From assembly GCF_009914755.1 (NCBI RefSeq), contig NC_060939.1: a DNA stretch of 64,000 nucleotides, one strand, 5' to 3'. Below, in pieces: positions 1 to 10,870 of the stretch. The notes below the pieces were generated by a model. It was not told where the DNA came from. It saw only the letters and a program-made list of their open reading frames with translations, and ran no database searches. The translations under genes were made by a program, and so were the position numbers. The stretch is from the human T2T-CHM13v2.0 reference genome, Homo sapiens. Positions within the stretch are counted from its first letter, which is position 1, and every line of letters begins with the position of its first letter.

Positions 1-59
1 TTATCTTGGAATGTATACAAATATTCAACCTTAAATTTCAAGGTATCACAAAATTTTGT

Positions 60-351
60 TACATATATATATATATACTCTATATGTAGTGTTTATTTTG
101 TCTTACATATATATTAATTATACCAATAGAATTATATAGTGTTATTTTGTTTTATATATATATAAACACTATATATAGTGTTTGGTATATATATAGTGTT
201 TATTATATATAATATATATAGTGTTTATTTTGTTATATATATAAACACTATATATAGTGTTTGGTATATATAGTGTTTATTTTATTATATATAATATATA
301 TATAGTGTTTATTTTGTTATATATATATAAACACTATATATAGTGTTTGGT
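60..351. repeat. AT-rich minisatellite (~80-bp unit) containing three perfect 20-bp palindromes AAACACTATATATAGTGTTT
   Basis: Palindrome seen at 164-183, 243-262 and 329-348, each followed by GGTA; the intervening (TA)n/TAGTGTTTATT sequence also repeats. Confidence 0.9.
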
Positions 352-2474
352 AGAATATCATACCTAATTTTAAAATATTCAAAATATCTATATCTGTCAC
401 ATAAGTAAAGCACAAGCTCTACATTGCCCTAATAGAAGAGCTTCCTATTTGTCTTTCTCCCACAATGTCAGGGGATGAAAGCAGGTGGTCCCCACTGAGA
501 GTACTTCCTGGATTAGATCCTTGGAATGTCAGTTTCCTGCCTGATCATCTCATTTTCATTCCTCAAATCAGAACATGAATTCCATCTTGAGTTAACTTCT
601 CCTCCAGAGTATGAAAGCATCATTCCTGCTGCTTCTCCTCTAGGCTGATTCAACAGGATGTGCTTCATCTTTTGCACTGTGAAGATATTCTTTGGGGTCA
701 AAAGCCCCTTCCTGGCTATCTGGTTGTCTGGCGATGCGCTCATTATTGTCCCTAGAACCTTCCTGTATCCTGGTCCCTGGAGTATGCTCTTGGCCTGGGG
801 GTTCAGTTCCTTCCTGAAACATGATGTTTTGCTCAGCTCCAGCATGAGGCTGTAGAACTGGCTCAGTTCCTAATCCTGGAAGCTGGGAGGAGTTTTTCAG
901 GTGGTAGTGGCACAGAGGGCAGGTCTCCTGGACATACAGCCATTTCTTAAGACAGCCTGCATGGAAAAAATGAACGCAAGGCGTGATCACAGCAGATTTC
1001 ATGTCCCAAACAGATTCTTATCGAAGGAGTTACCTGATAACAGATGGCACAAATATCATTGTGTTTCTCAAGCTGCTCTTTCGTAGCAATGGGTAACGAT
1101 TTAATCTTATTCACAGCATCCCTGTGGAGAAGAAAGCTCTTCCACCCCAGCTGGGCCTGAAGCCACACGTTATAGTAGGAATGAATGGATGATCATTGAG
1201 CCCATCACTGTCCATTCTCCAAAGATGGTCTCTGAGACGCAATAGGCCACCATACAGACGGCCGCAAGAAACTCCAGCAGGTGGTAAGTGCCATTCACAT
1301 AGTAGATGACATCATCCATGTTTTCCACCGGCTCTTTTCTGAATTCCTCAACCGTAAATCAGACATAAATAAAAAGTGTTCCCAGAACCTGAAGAGAGGT
1401 AAGAATGCTGCTGGAAATAATGATAAGAAGCCAAAAATCCAGGTGGAAAAACTGGCAAATCATATAAGCCATATGAGCAGGGAATACCAATAAAAATAAA
1501 CAAAGTCGCACAGCACGGAAGTGTTTCCACAAGCTCTTGTCTCTGGATGCTCCCAGTGCCAAAAAAATAGGATCTGCAATTTCTAACATAGACTGTAGGA
1601 TAGAAGCTGCAACAATGAAAAGGATAATACTGAGCAGGAATGCCCGATGAACAACCTGCAGTTCTATCAGCCCAGTCTGCACTGCCAGGATTAACAGCGT
1701 TACTCCTCCTGTCATGCCCCAATTCATGGCAGGATCATTCCTGAAAGCTCGATAACCCTGCAAGTAAAACTCGCAGAGTGTGAGAACACCCAAGGCAACA
1801 AAAGAAACCGTGAAGACCAAACCCAAAAGAGAGTAAGGAGTGCTGCAGCATTCTGCAATACTTGTCAGAAAAAGGAAAAGAAGCCTCTCACGTGATGCCG
1901 GCTGATCTCGAGTACTGAAATAGGAGTAAATCTGAAGAGCAAATAAGATGAGCCAGAAAACCATGAAAAGAACAGGGACTACCAGTTGATTCCACAAGGA
2001 CATTCCCAAGGTGAGAAGGCCATATACCTCCACTACCTGAACCAATTCTCTGTATGCAGATTTAGCAAGGTTATAAGGTAGCAAAAGATTAGACCCAAGA
2101 AAATAGAGAACTTCCAATCCAGTAAAAATCATAGCAAATTTATTGATGATAACAATTGTCTCCAAAGGAACCAGGCAGAGTCGTGCTAGCAGAGGAAGCA
2201 CGTGAGCTGAAAACAGCCAAATCTGCTTTGTTTTCATGACACAGGAGCATAAAGTACACACCACCAACTGACCTATTAAGGCTGTGGTAAACCGATTCAT
2301 AGAGAGAGGTTCTAAATACATTGGTCCCTCACAGGCAAACTGCAGTTCACTCCGAACGTAGTCCCTGGAAATTTGATGTCCAGTATAGAAAAGCAGAGCA
2401 GTCAAAAAATATAGATAAAGCTGAACCAGATGTTGCCTGGGCAATGTTAGCAGCACCACACTTAAGATATAACC

Positions 2475-2654
2475 TCAGGCTGTGGACTCCCTCCCTGGGG
2501 AGCGGTGCTGCCAGCGGCGGGCGGGCTCCGCAACTCCCCGGCTCTCTCGCCCACCCTCCCGTTCTCCTCGGGCGGCGGCGGGGGCCGGGACTGCGCCGCT
2601 CACAGCGGCGGCTCTTCTGCGCCCGGCCTCGGAGGCAGTGGCGGTGGCGGCCAT
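2475..2654 (-). other. 59-codon upstream ORF in the retrocopied RNF145 exon 1
   Basis: GAGGCCATGG (strong Kozak) at 2654, open to TGA at 2475-2477 (MAATATASEAGRRRAAAVSG...RESTA*); same frame as ORF 1359..2459. Confidence 0.6.
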
Positions 2655-2676
2655 GGCCTCCTGCGTTCGCCGATGT
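2500..2676. promoter_or_regulatory. Small CpG-island-like segment (retrocopied RNF145 5'UTR)
   Basis: About 25 CpGs counted in ~175 bp, very GC-rich compared with the CpG-poor surroundings. Confidence 0.7.
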
Positions 2677-3109
2677 CAGCATTTCGAACTGAGGGTCATC
2701 TCATTGGGACTGGTTAGACAGTGGGTGCAGCCCACGGAGGGCGAGTTGAAGCAGGGTGGGGTGTCACCTCCCCCAGGAAGTCCAGTGGGTCAGGGAACTC
2801 CCTCCCCTAGCCAAGGGAGGCCGTGAGGGACTGTGCCCGGTGAGAGACTGTGCCCTGAGGAAAGGTGCACTCTGGCCCAGATACTACACTTTTCCCACGG
2901 TCTTCAAAACCCGCAGACCAGGAGATTCCCTCGGGTTCCTACACCACCAGGACCCTGGGTTTCAACCACAAAACCGGGCCATTTGGGCAGACACCCAGCT
3001 AGCTGCAAGAGTTGTTTTTTTTTTTATACTCCTGTGGCACCTGGAACGCCAGCGAGAGAGCACCTTTCACTCCCCTGGAAAGGGGGCTGAAGGCAGGGAG
3101 CCAAGTGGT

Positions 3110-3241
3110 CTAGCTCAATGGATCCCCCCCTACGGAGCCCAGCAAGCTAAAATCCACTGGCTTGAGATTCTTGCTGCCCGGACAGCAGTCTGAAGTTGAC
3201 CTGGGATGCTCGAGCTTGGTGGGCGGATGGGCGTTTGCCAT
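3110..3241 (-). other. L1 antisense ORF0-like reading frame (43 aa)
   Basis: MANAHPPTKLEHPRSTSDCCPGS...SVGGDP resembles primate L1 ORF0 (MAGAPPPASLPPCSLISDCCASN...SVGVGP) at the equivalent 5'UTR position. Confidence 0.6.
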
Positions 3242-3943
3242 TACTGAGGCTTGAGAAGGCAGTTTTCCCCTCACAGTGTAAACAGAGTCACCTGGAAGTT
3301 CAAACTGGCCGGAGCCCACCACAGCTCAGCAAAGCTGCTGTAGCTAGACTGCCTTTCTAGATTCCTCCTTGCTATGCAGGGCATCTCGGAAAAAAAGGCA
3401 ACTGTCCTAGTCAGGGGCTTATAGATAAAACCCCCATCTCCCTGGGACAGAGCACCTGGGGGAAGGGGTGGCTGTGGACACAGCTTCAGCAGACTTAAAC
3501 ATTCCTGCCTGCTGGCTCTGAAGAGATGAGCAGATCTCCCAACACAGCGCTCCACGCTGCTAAGGGACAGACCGCCTCTTCCAGTGGGTCCCTGGCCCCC
3601 ATGCCTCCTGACTGGGAGACACCTCCCAACAGGGGTTGACAGACTCCTCATACAGGAGTGCTCCAGCAGGCATCTGGCAGGTGCCCCTCTAGGACGAATC
3701 AGAAGAAGAAGCAGGCAGCAATCTTTGCTGTTCTGCAGTCTCTGCTGGTGATACCCAGGTAAATAGGATCTAGAGTGGATCTCCAGCAAACTCAGCAGAC
3801 CTGCAGCTGAGAGGCCTGACTTTTAGAAGGAAAACTAACAAACAGAAAGGAATAGTATCAACATCAACAAAAAGGACGTCCACACAGAAACCCCATCTGA
3901 AGGTCACCAACATCAAAGACCAAAGGTAGATAAATCCACAAAG

Positions 3944-4956
3944 ATGAGGATAAACCAGTTCAAAAGGGCTTAAAATTCCCAAAACCAGAACACCTCTTCT
4001 CCTCTAAAGGATCACAACTCCTCATCAGCAAGGGGAACAAAACTGGACGGAAAATGAGTTTGACGAACTGACAGAAGGAGGCATCAGAAGGTGGGTAATA
4101 ACAAACTCCTCTGAGGCAAAGGAGCGTGTTCTAACCCAATGCAGGGAAGCTAAGAACCTTGAAAAAAGGTTAGACGAATTGCTAACTAGAATAACCAGTT
4201 TAAAGAAGAACATAAATTACCTGATGGAGCTGTAAAACACAGCACAACAACTTCGTGACGCATACACAAATATCAATAGTTGAATTGAACAAGTGGAAGA
4301 AAGGATATCAGAGATTCAAGACCAATTTAATGAAATAAAGTGTGAACACAAGATTAGAGAAAAAAGAATGAAAGGAATGAACAAAGCCTCCAAGAAATAT
4401 TGGAGTATGTGATAAGACCAAACCTTCGTTTGACTGGTGTACCTGAAAGTGATGGGGAGAATGGAACCAAGTTGGAAAACACTCTTCAGGATATTATCCA
4501 GGAGAACTTTCCCAACCTAGCAAGACAGGCCAACATTCAAATTCAGGAAATACAGAGATACTCCTCGGGAAGAGCAACTGCAAGACACATAATCTTCAGA
4601 TTCACCAAGGCTGAAATGAATGAAAAAATGTTAAGGGCAGCCAGAGAGAAAGGTCGGTTTACCCGTAAAGGGAAGCCCATCAGACTATCAGCAGATCTCT
4701 CTGCAGAAACCCTACAAGCCAGAAGAGAGTGGGGGCCAATATTCAATATTCTTAAAGAAAAGAATTTTCAACCCAGAATTTCATATCCAGCCAAACTAAA
4801 CTTCATAAGCAAAGGATAAATAAAAACCTTTACAGACAAGCAAATACTGAGATTTTTTGCACCACCAGGCCTGCCTTACAAGAGCTTCTGAGGGAAGCAC
4901 TAAATATGGAAAGGAAAAACCAGTACCAGCCACTGCAAAAACATACCAAATTGTAA
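3944..4956 (+). pseudogene. L1 ORF1p remnant (disrupted)
   Basis: ATG at 3944; segment YVIRPNLRLTGVPESDGENGTKLENTLQDIIQENFPNLARQANIQIQE...ARREWGPIFNILKEKNFQPRISYPAKL; several stops and frameshifts; native TAA at 4954-4956. Confidence 0.9.
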
Positions 4957-5019
4957 AGATCATCAACAGTATGAAGAAACTACATCAACTAATGGGCACA
5001 ACAATCAGCTAACATCATA

Positions 5020-8000
5020 ATGACAGGATCAAATTTATACATAACAATGTTAACCTTAAATGTAAACAGGCTAAATGCCCCAATTAAAACACAGAGACTG
5101 ACAAATTAGATCAAGACTCAAGACCCATTGGTGTGCTGTAGTCAGGAGACGCATCTCATGTGCAAAGACTCACCAAGGTCTCAAAATAAAGGGATGCAGG
5201 AATATTTACCAATCAAATGGAAAGAAAAAAAAATAGTGGTTGCACCCCTAGTGTGTTATAAAACAGACTTTAAACCAACAAACATCAAAAAAGACAAAGA
5301 AGAGGATTACCTAATGGTAAAGGTATCAATGCAACGAGAAGAGCTAACTATCCTAAATATATATTCACCCAATACAGGAGCACCCAGATTCATAAAGCAA
5401 GTTCTTAGAGACCTACAAAGAGACTTAGACTCCCGCACAATAATAGCTGGAGACTTTAACACCTCACTGTCAATATTTGACAGATCAATGAGACAGAAAA
5501 TTAACAAGGATATTCAGAACTTGAAATCAGCTCTGGACCAAGTGGATCTAATGGACATCTACATAAATCTCCACCCCAAATCAACAGAATATACATTCTT
5601 CTCAGCACCACATCACACTTATTCTAAAACTGACCATATTATTGGAAGTAAAACACTCTTCAGCAAATACAAAAGAATGGAAATCAGAACAAACAGTCTC
5701 CCAGACCACAGTGCAATCAAATTAGAACTCAGGATTAAGAAACTCTTCAAAACTGCTCAAGTACATGAAAACTGAACAAGCTGCTCCTGAATGACTACTG
5801 GGTAAATAATGAAATTAAGGCAGAAATAAATAAGTTCTTTGAAACCAATGAGAACAAAGATACAATGTACCAGAATCTCTGGGACCCAGCTAAAGCAGTG
5901 TTTAGAGGGAAATTTATAGCACTAAATGCCCACAAGAGGAAGCATGAAAGATCTAAAATCAACACACTAACATCACAATTAAAGAACTAGAGAAGCGAGA
6001 GCAAACTAATTCAAAAGCTAGCAGAAGACAAGAAATAACTAAGATCAGAGCAGAACTGAAAGAGATAGAGACACAAAAATCCCTTCAAAAAATCAGTGAA
6101 TCCAGTAGGTGATTTTTTGAAAAGATTAACAAAATAGATAGACTGCTAGCCAGACTAATAAAGAAGAAAAGAGAGAAGAATCAAATAGACACAATAAAAA
6201 ATGAGGAAAGGCATATCGTCACTCATCCCACAGAAATACAAACTACCATTAGAGAATACTATAAGCACCTCTATACAAATAAACTAGAAAATCAGAGGAA
6301 ATGGATAACTTCCTGGACACACACACCCTCCCAAAACTAAACCAGGAAGAGGTCGAATCTCTGAAGAGACCAATAACAAGTTCTGAAATTGAGGCAGTAA
6401 TTAATTGCCTACCAACCAAAAAAAGCCCAGGTCAAGACAGATTCACGGACGAATTCTTCCAGAGGTACAAAGAGGTGCTGGTACCATTCCTTCTGAAACT
6501 ATTCCAAACAACAGAAAAAGAGGGACTCCACCCTAACTCATTTTATGAAGCCAGCATCATCCTGATACCAAAACCTGTCAGAGACACAACATCAAAAAAA
6601 TTTCAAGCCTATATCCCTGATAAACATTGATGCAAAAATCCTCAATAAAATACTGGCCAACCAAATCCAGCAGCACATAAAGAAGCTGATCCACCATGAT
6701 CAAGTCGGCTTCATCCCTGGGATGCAAGGCTGGTTCAACATACACAAATCAATAAACATAATCCATCACATAAACAGAACCAATGGAAAAAAACACACAA
6801 TTATCTCAATAGAAGCAGAAAAGGCCGTCAATAAAATTCAACACCACTTCATGCTAAAAACTTTCAATAAACTAGGTATTGATGGAACATATTTCAAAAT
6901 AATAAGAGCTATTCATGACAAATCCACGGCCAATATCATACTGAATGGGCATAAACTGGAAGCATTCTCTTTGAAAACCAGCAAAAGACAAAGATGCCCT
7001 CCCTCACCACTCCTCCTATTCAACATAGTATTGGAAGCTCTGGCCAGAGCAATCAGGCCAGAGAAAGAAATAAAGGTATTCAAATAGAAAGAGAGGAAGT
7101 CAAATTATCTCTGTTTGCAGATGACATGATTGTATATTTAGAAAACCTCCTCCTCTCAGCCCAAAATCTCCTTAAGCTGATAAGCGACTTCAGCAAAGTC
7201 TCAGGATACAAAATCAATGTGCAAAAATCACAACAATTCCTATACACCAATAATAGACAACCAGAGAACCAAATAATGAGTGAACTCCCATTCACAATTG
7301 CTACAAAGAGAATAAAATACCTAGGAATACAACTTACAAGGGATGTGAAGGATCTCTTCAAGGAGAACTACAAACCACTGCCCAAGGAAATAAGAGAGGA
7401 CACAAACAAATGGAAAAATATTTCATGGACATGGAAAGGAAGAATCAATATTGTAAAAACAGCCATACTGCCCAAAGTAATTTATGGATTTAATGCTATC
7501 CCCATCAAGCTACCATTGACTTTCTTCTCAGAATTAGAAAAAAAACTACTTTACATTTCATATGGAACCAAAAAAGAGACTGTAAAGCGAAGACAATCCT
7601 AAGCAAAAACAAACAAACAAACAAAGCTGGAGGCATCATGCTACCTGATTTCAAACTATACTATAAGGCTACAGTAACCAAAACAGCATGATGCTGACAC
7701 CAAAACAGATATATAGACTAATGGAACAGAACAGGGGCCTCAGAAATAATGCCACACATCTAGAACATCTGATCTCTGACAAACCTGACAAAAACAAGCA
7801 ATGGGGAAAGGATTTGCTATTTAATAAATGGTGTATGGAAAACTGGCTAGACATATGCAGAAAACTAAAACTGGACCCCTTCCTTACACTTTACACAAAA
7901 ATTAACTCAAGATGGATTAAAGACTTAAATGTAAGACCTAAAACCATAAAAACCCTAGAAGAAAACCTAGGCAATACCATTCAGGACATAGGCATGGGCA

Positions 8001-8855
8001 AGGACTTCATGACTAAAACACCAAAAGCAATGGCAACAAAAGCCAAAATTGACAAATGGGATCTAATTAAACTAAAGAGCTTCTGCACAGCAAAAGAAAC
8101 TGTCATTGGAGTGAACAGGCAACCTACAGAATGGGAGAAAATTTTTGCAATCTATCCATCTGACAAAGAGCTAATATCCAGAATCTCTAAGGAACTTAGA
8201 CAAATTTAAAAGAAAAAAAACAAACAACACCATCAAAAAGTGGGTGAAGGATATGAGCAGACACTTCTCAAAAGAAAACATTTATGAGACCAACAAACAT
8301 ATGAAAAAAAGGTCATCATCGCTGGTCATTAGAGAAATGCAAATCAAAACCACAGTGAGATAGCATCTCATGCCAGTTAGAATGGCAATCATTAAAAAGT
8401 CAGGAAACAACAGATGCTGGAGAGGATGTAGAGAAATAGGAATGCTTTTACACTATTGGTGGGAGGGTAAATTAGTTCAACCATTGTGGAAGACACTGTG
8501 GCAATTCCTCAAGGATCTAGGCCTAGAGATACCATTTGTCCCAGCAATCCCATTACTGGGTATATACCCAAAGGATGAACAATTAATCCACTATAAAGAC
8601 ACATGCACGTGTATGTTTATTGCAGCACCGTTGACAATAGCAAAGACTTGGAACCAACCTGAATGCCCATCAGTGATAGACTGGATAAAGAAAATATGTC
8701 ACATATACATTACGGAATACTATGCAGCCATAAAAAAGAATGAGTTCATGTTCTTTGCAAGGACATGGATGAATCTGGAAACCATCATCCTCAGCAAACT
8801 AACACAGGAACAGAAAACCAAACACTGCATGTTCTCCCTCATGAGGGAGAGTTGA
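5020..8855 (+). pseudogene. L1 ORF2p (endonuclease/reverse transcriptase) remnant, fragmented
   Basis: ATGACAGGATC at 5020; EN motifs (GDFN, DH), RT motif LFADDMIVY (ORF 6994..7602), C-terminal RCWRGC.E.G.LLH.W; split into many frames. Confidence 0.92.
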
Positions 8856-9066
8856 ACAATGAGAACACATGGACACAGGGAGGGGAACATCACACAACAG
8901 GGCCTGTTGGGGGGTGAGGGGCTAGGGGAGGAATAACATTAGGAGAAACACCTAATATAGATGACGGGTTGATGGGTGCAGCAAACCACCATGGCATATG
9001 TATAGCTATGTAACAAACCTGCACGTTCTGCACATGTATCCCATCACTTAAAGTATAATTAAAAAA

Positions 9067-9943
9067 GGTAACTTTGCAAAATATTTAGAGAGATTTATTC
9101 TGAGCCAAATGTGAGGACCATGCCCTGTGACACACCTTAGAAGACCTTGAGAACATGTGCCCAAAGTGGTTTGATTGCTCTTATATCTAATGTCTTAGAG
9201 AGACATTTGACATCAATCAATACATGTGAGATATGTGTTGATTTGGTCTATAAAGACAAAACAGCAAGAAGTGAGGCAGTGTGGGGAGGGGATTACAGCT
9301 TACAGGTGGATTCAAAGTTTTTCTTATTGGCAATTGATTAAAAGACTTAAGGTTTTATCTAAAGACCTGAAATCAGTTGAAAAAGTTTCTAGATTTAGAG
9401 AGCGGGCTTTGGAGAACAATATTCTTATTATGCAGATGAAGTCTCTTATGTGGCCACCCTTAGAGGCAATAGATGGCAAGTGTTTTCTATTAAGACCTTT
9501 AAAAGATGCTAGACTCTCAGTTAATCTCCTCCATATAACAAAAACACCTGGAAAGGTAAAGCGATTCTCTACAGAATGTAAATTTCTCTCACAAAATATA
9601 ACTGTGCAGGGCAATTTAAAATATGTCAAAAATATACTTTAGGGCAAAAGACTTTGATTCCTCTCAAGGCCTGCTGTCATGTGATGCTATTCTTGAGTCA
9701 GGTTAGAATTTGGTATCTTACTGCTACAAAGAATCTGTTTTCTGAGCCTTAAGATCTGTTTGAATGAAAATGCTGGTTAGTTGTGCTTGAATTCCAAAGG
9801 CAGGAGTGCATAATGAGGCATTTCTGATCCTTTCTTGCTAACATGGCCTAAACTAGCTTTTCAAGTATCTCTGGAACTCCTTTTTGAAGAGGAAGGGTCC
9901 ATTCAGCCAGTTGGGTTGCTTAGAATTCTATTTTTAGTTTATA
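9067..9943 (-). mobile_element. ERV1 solo LTR, MER4 family
   Basis: AGATTTATTCTGAGCCAAAT...GAGAACATGTGCCCAA and terminus CTTAGAATTCTATTTTTAGTTTATA resemble the reverse complement of the MER4 LTR. Confidence 0.75.
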
Positions 9944-10289
9944 GGACATATATGAGACTTATCCTAATCAGGGGTATCAGAAAATATTCATTGAGGTAAT
10001 CACTTTAAAGTTGAGACATGAAAGATGGTCCCAGATTCCTCCCTGCAAACCTTCTCTCCTGATACTAGAAGAAAAGTTACAAGAAACAAATGTTAACATT
10101 TCTTCTGTGTTCAAAATTGCCCCCCATTAGGAAAATAATTAAACTTGCAAGACTTATCTTTAGAAACAAGTAATCTAGTTGATTTCTAAAGTCCTTTTAC
10201 AAACCCACAGATTCTGATTAGTTTACAGATTACATAGAACATCCCATCTAATGGGAATCTGCAATTAGCTGGATTCCCCTGCATTTGAT

Positions 10290-10870
10290 TTTTAAATGTT
10301 GAATTTATACAGATACATAACAGTTCAAAACCTTTATGTGGTACATGTGATATTTTGATAAAATAATATGTGCAGTGATCAAACCTGGATAACCGGGATA
10401 TCCTTCATCTCAATCATTGATTATTTCTTTGTGTTAAGGACATTCTAAATTTTCTCTTCTAGCTATTTTCAAATATACAATAAATTATTAACTGTAGTTG
10501 TCTATGTACCATTTTAGCATTCCCAACAGCAGTAAGTGAAAGTTCCTGATTTTCAGCTTTCTCTTCACCATTTGGTATTGTCTATATTGTTTATTTTACC
10601 CATTTTAGCAGGTTAGCAGTATTTTTTGAATATTAAATGTACATTTACCTAATAAAAATCAAACTGATCACTTTTTATCTTTACTTTTAGATGTGGTTTC
10701 TCTTCAGGTCTTTGCCCATTTTAAAAATAAATTTTGTGGTTTTGTTTTTGTTCAATTATAAGTCAATTTATATATTTGTGATAAAAGCCCTTTTCCAAAT
10801 ATTGGATTTGCAAGCAAATTCTCCAAATCTATGGCTGATCTTTTCAGTCTCAGTTAAGGGTTTATTTTCA
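10290..10870 (-). mobile_element. Old L1 (L1MA/L1M) 3' fragments
   Basis: GGTACATGTGATATTTTGATA...TTCTAGCTATTTTCAAATATACAATAAATTATTAACT is typical of an L1MA 3' end in reverse. Confidence 0.65.

Larger units (their letters stand above)
450..2680 (-). pseudogene. RNF145: Processed (intronless) pseudogene of RNF145, the sterol-regulated ER-membrane RING E3 ligase; parent symbol given
   Basis: ORFs 1359..2459, 947..1168 and 640..1002 match RNF145 (VVLLTLPRQHLVQLYLYF...; KHNDICAICYQ; TPC.HFFHAGCLKKWLYVQETCPLC...AHPVESA*, stop 640-642). No introns. Lesions: TGA at 1359-1361, 2-bp deletion near 1187, 28-nt insert at 1006-1033, start-codon exon absent. GC-rich exon 1 at 2474-2680. The left (3'UTR) boundary is uncertain and no poly(A) is seen in the window. 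Confidence 0.96.
2679..9066 (+). mobile_element. Near-full-length LINE-1, L1PA7/L1PA8-like, inactive; lacks roughly the first 75 nt of the 5'UTR
   Basis: 5'UTR (TCATCTCATTGGGACTGG...), ORF1 and ORF2 fragments, 3'UTR with GATGACGGGTTGATGGGTGCAGCAAACCACCATGG, short A tail at 9061-9066. Subfamily from recalled consensus. Confidence 0.95.

Noticed and set aside
160-351. CRISPR-like array of regularly spaced palindromes
   Set aside because: The intervening sequences are themselves repetitive TA-rich units, there are only three copies, no cas genes, and the DNA is primate.
395-460. Left TSD or MER4 terminus proving that RNF145 and L1 inserted as one unit
   Set aside because: No match to the sequence after the L1 tail (AAAAAAGGTAACTTTGC); the retrocopy 3'UTR may extend beyond the window, so 3' truncation cannot be claimed.
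2321-2826. Overlapping GC-rich ORFs (2321..2692, 2347..2682, 2482..2826, 2505..2717) as novel genes
   Set aside because: Expected from stop-codon scarcity in GC-rich UTR sequence; no recognisable domain.
3944-8855. Retrotransposition-competent L1
   Set aside because: Both ORFs are broken by many stops and frameshifts.
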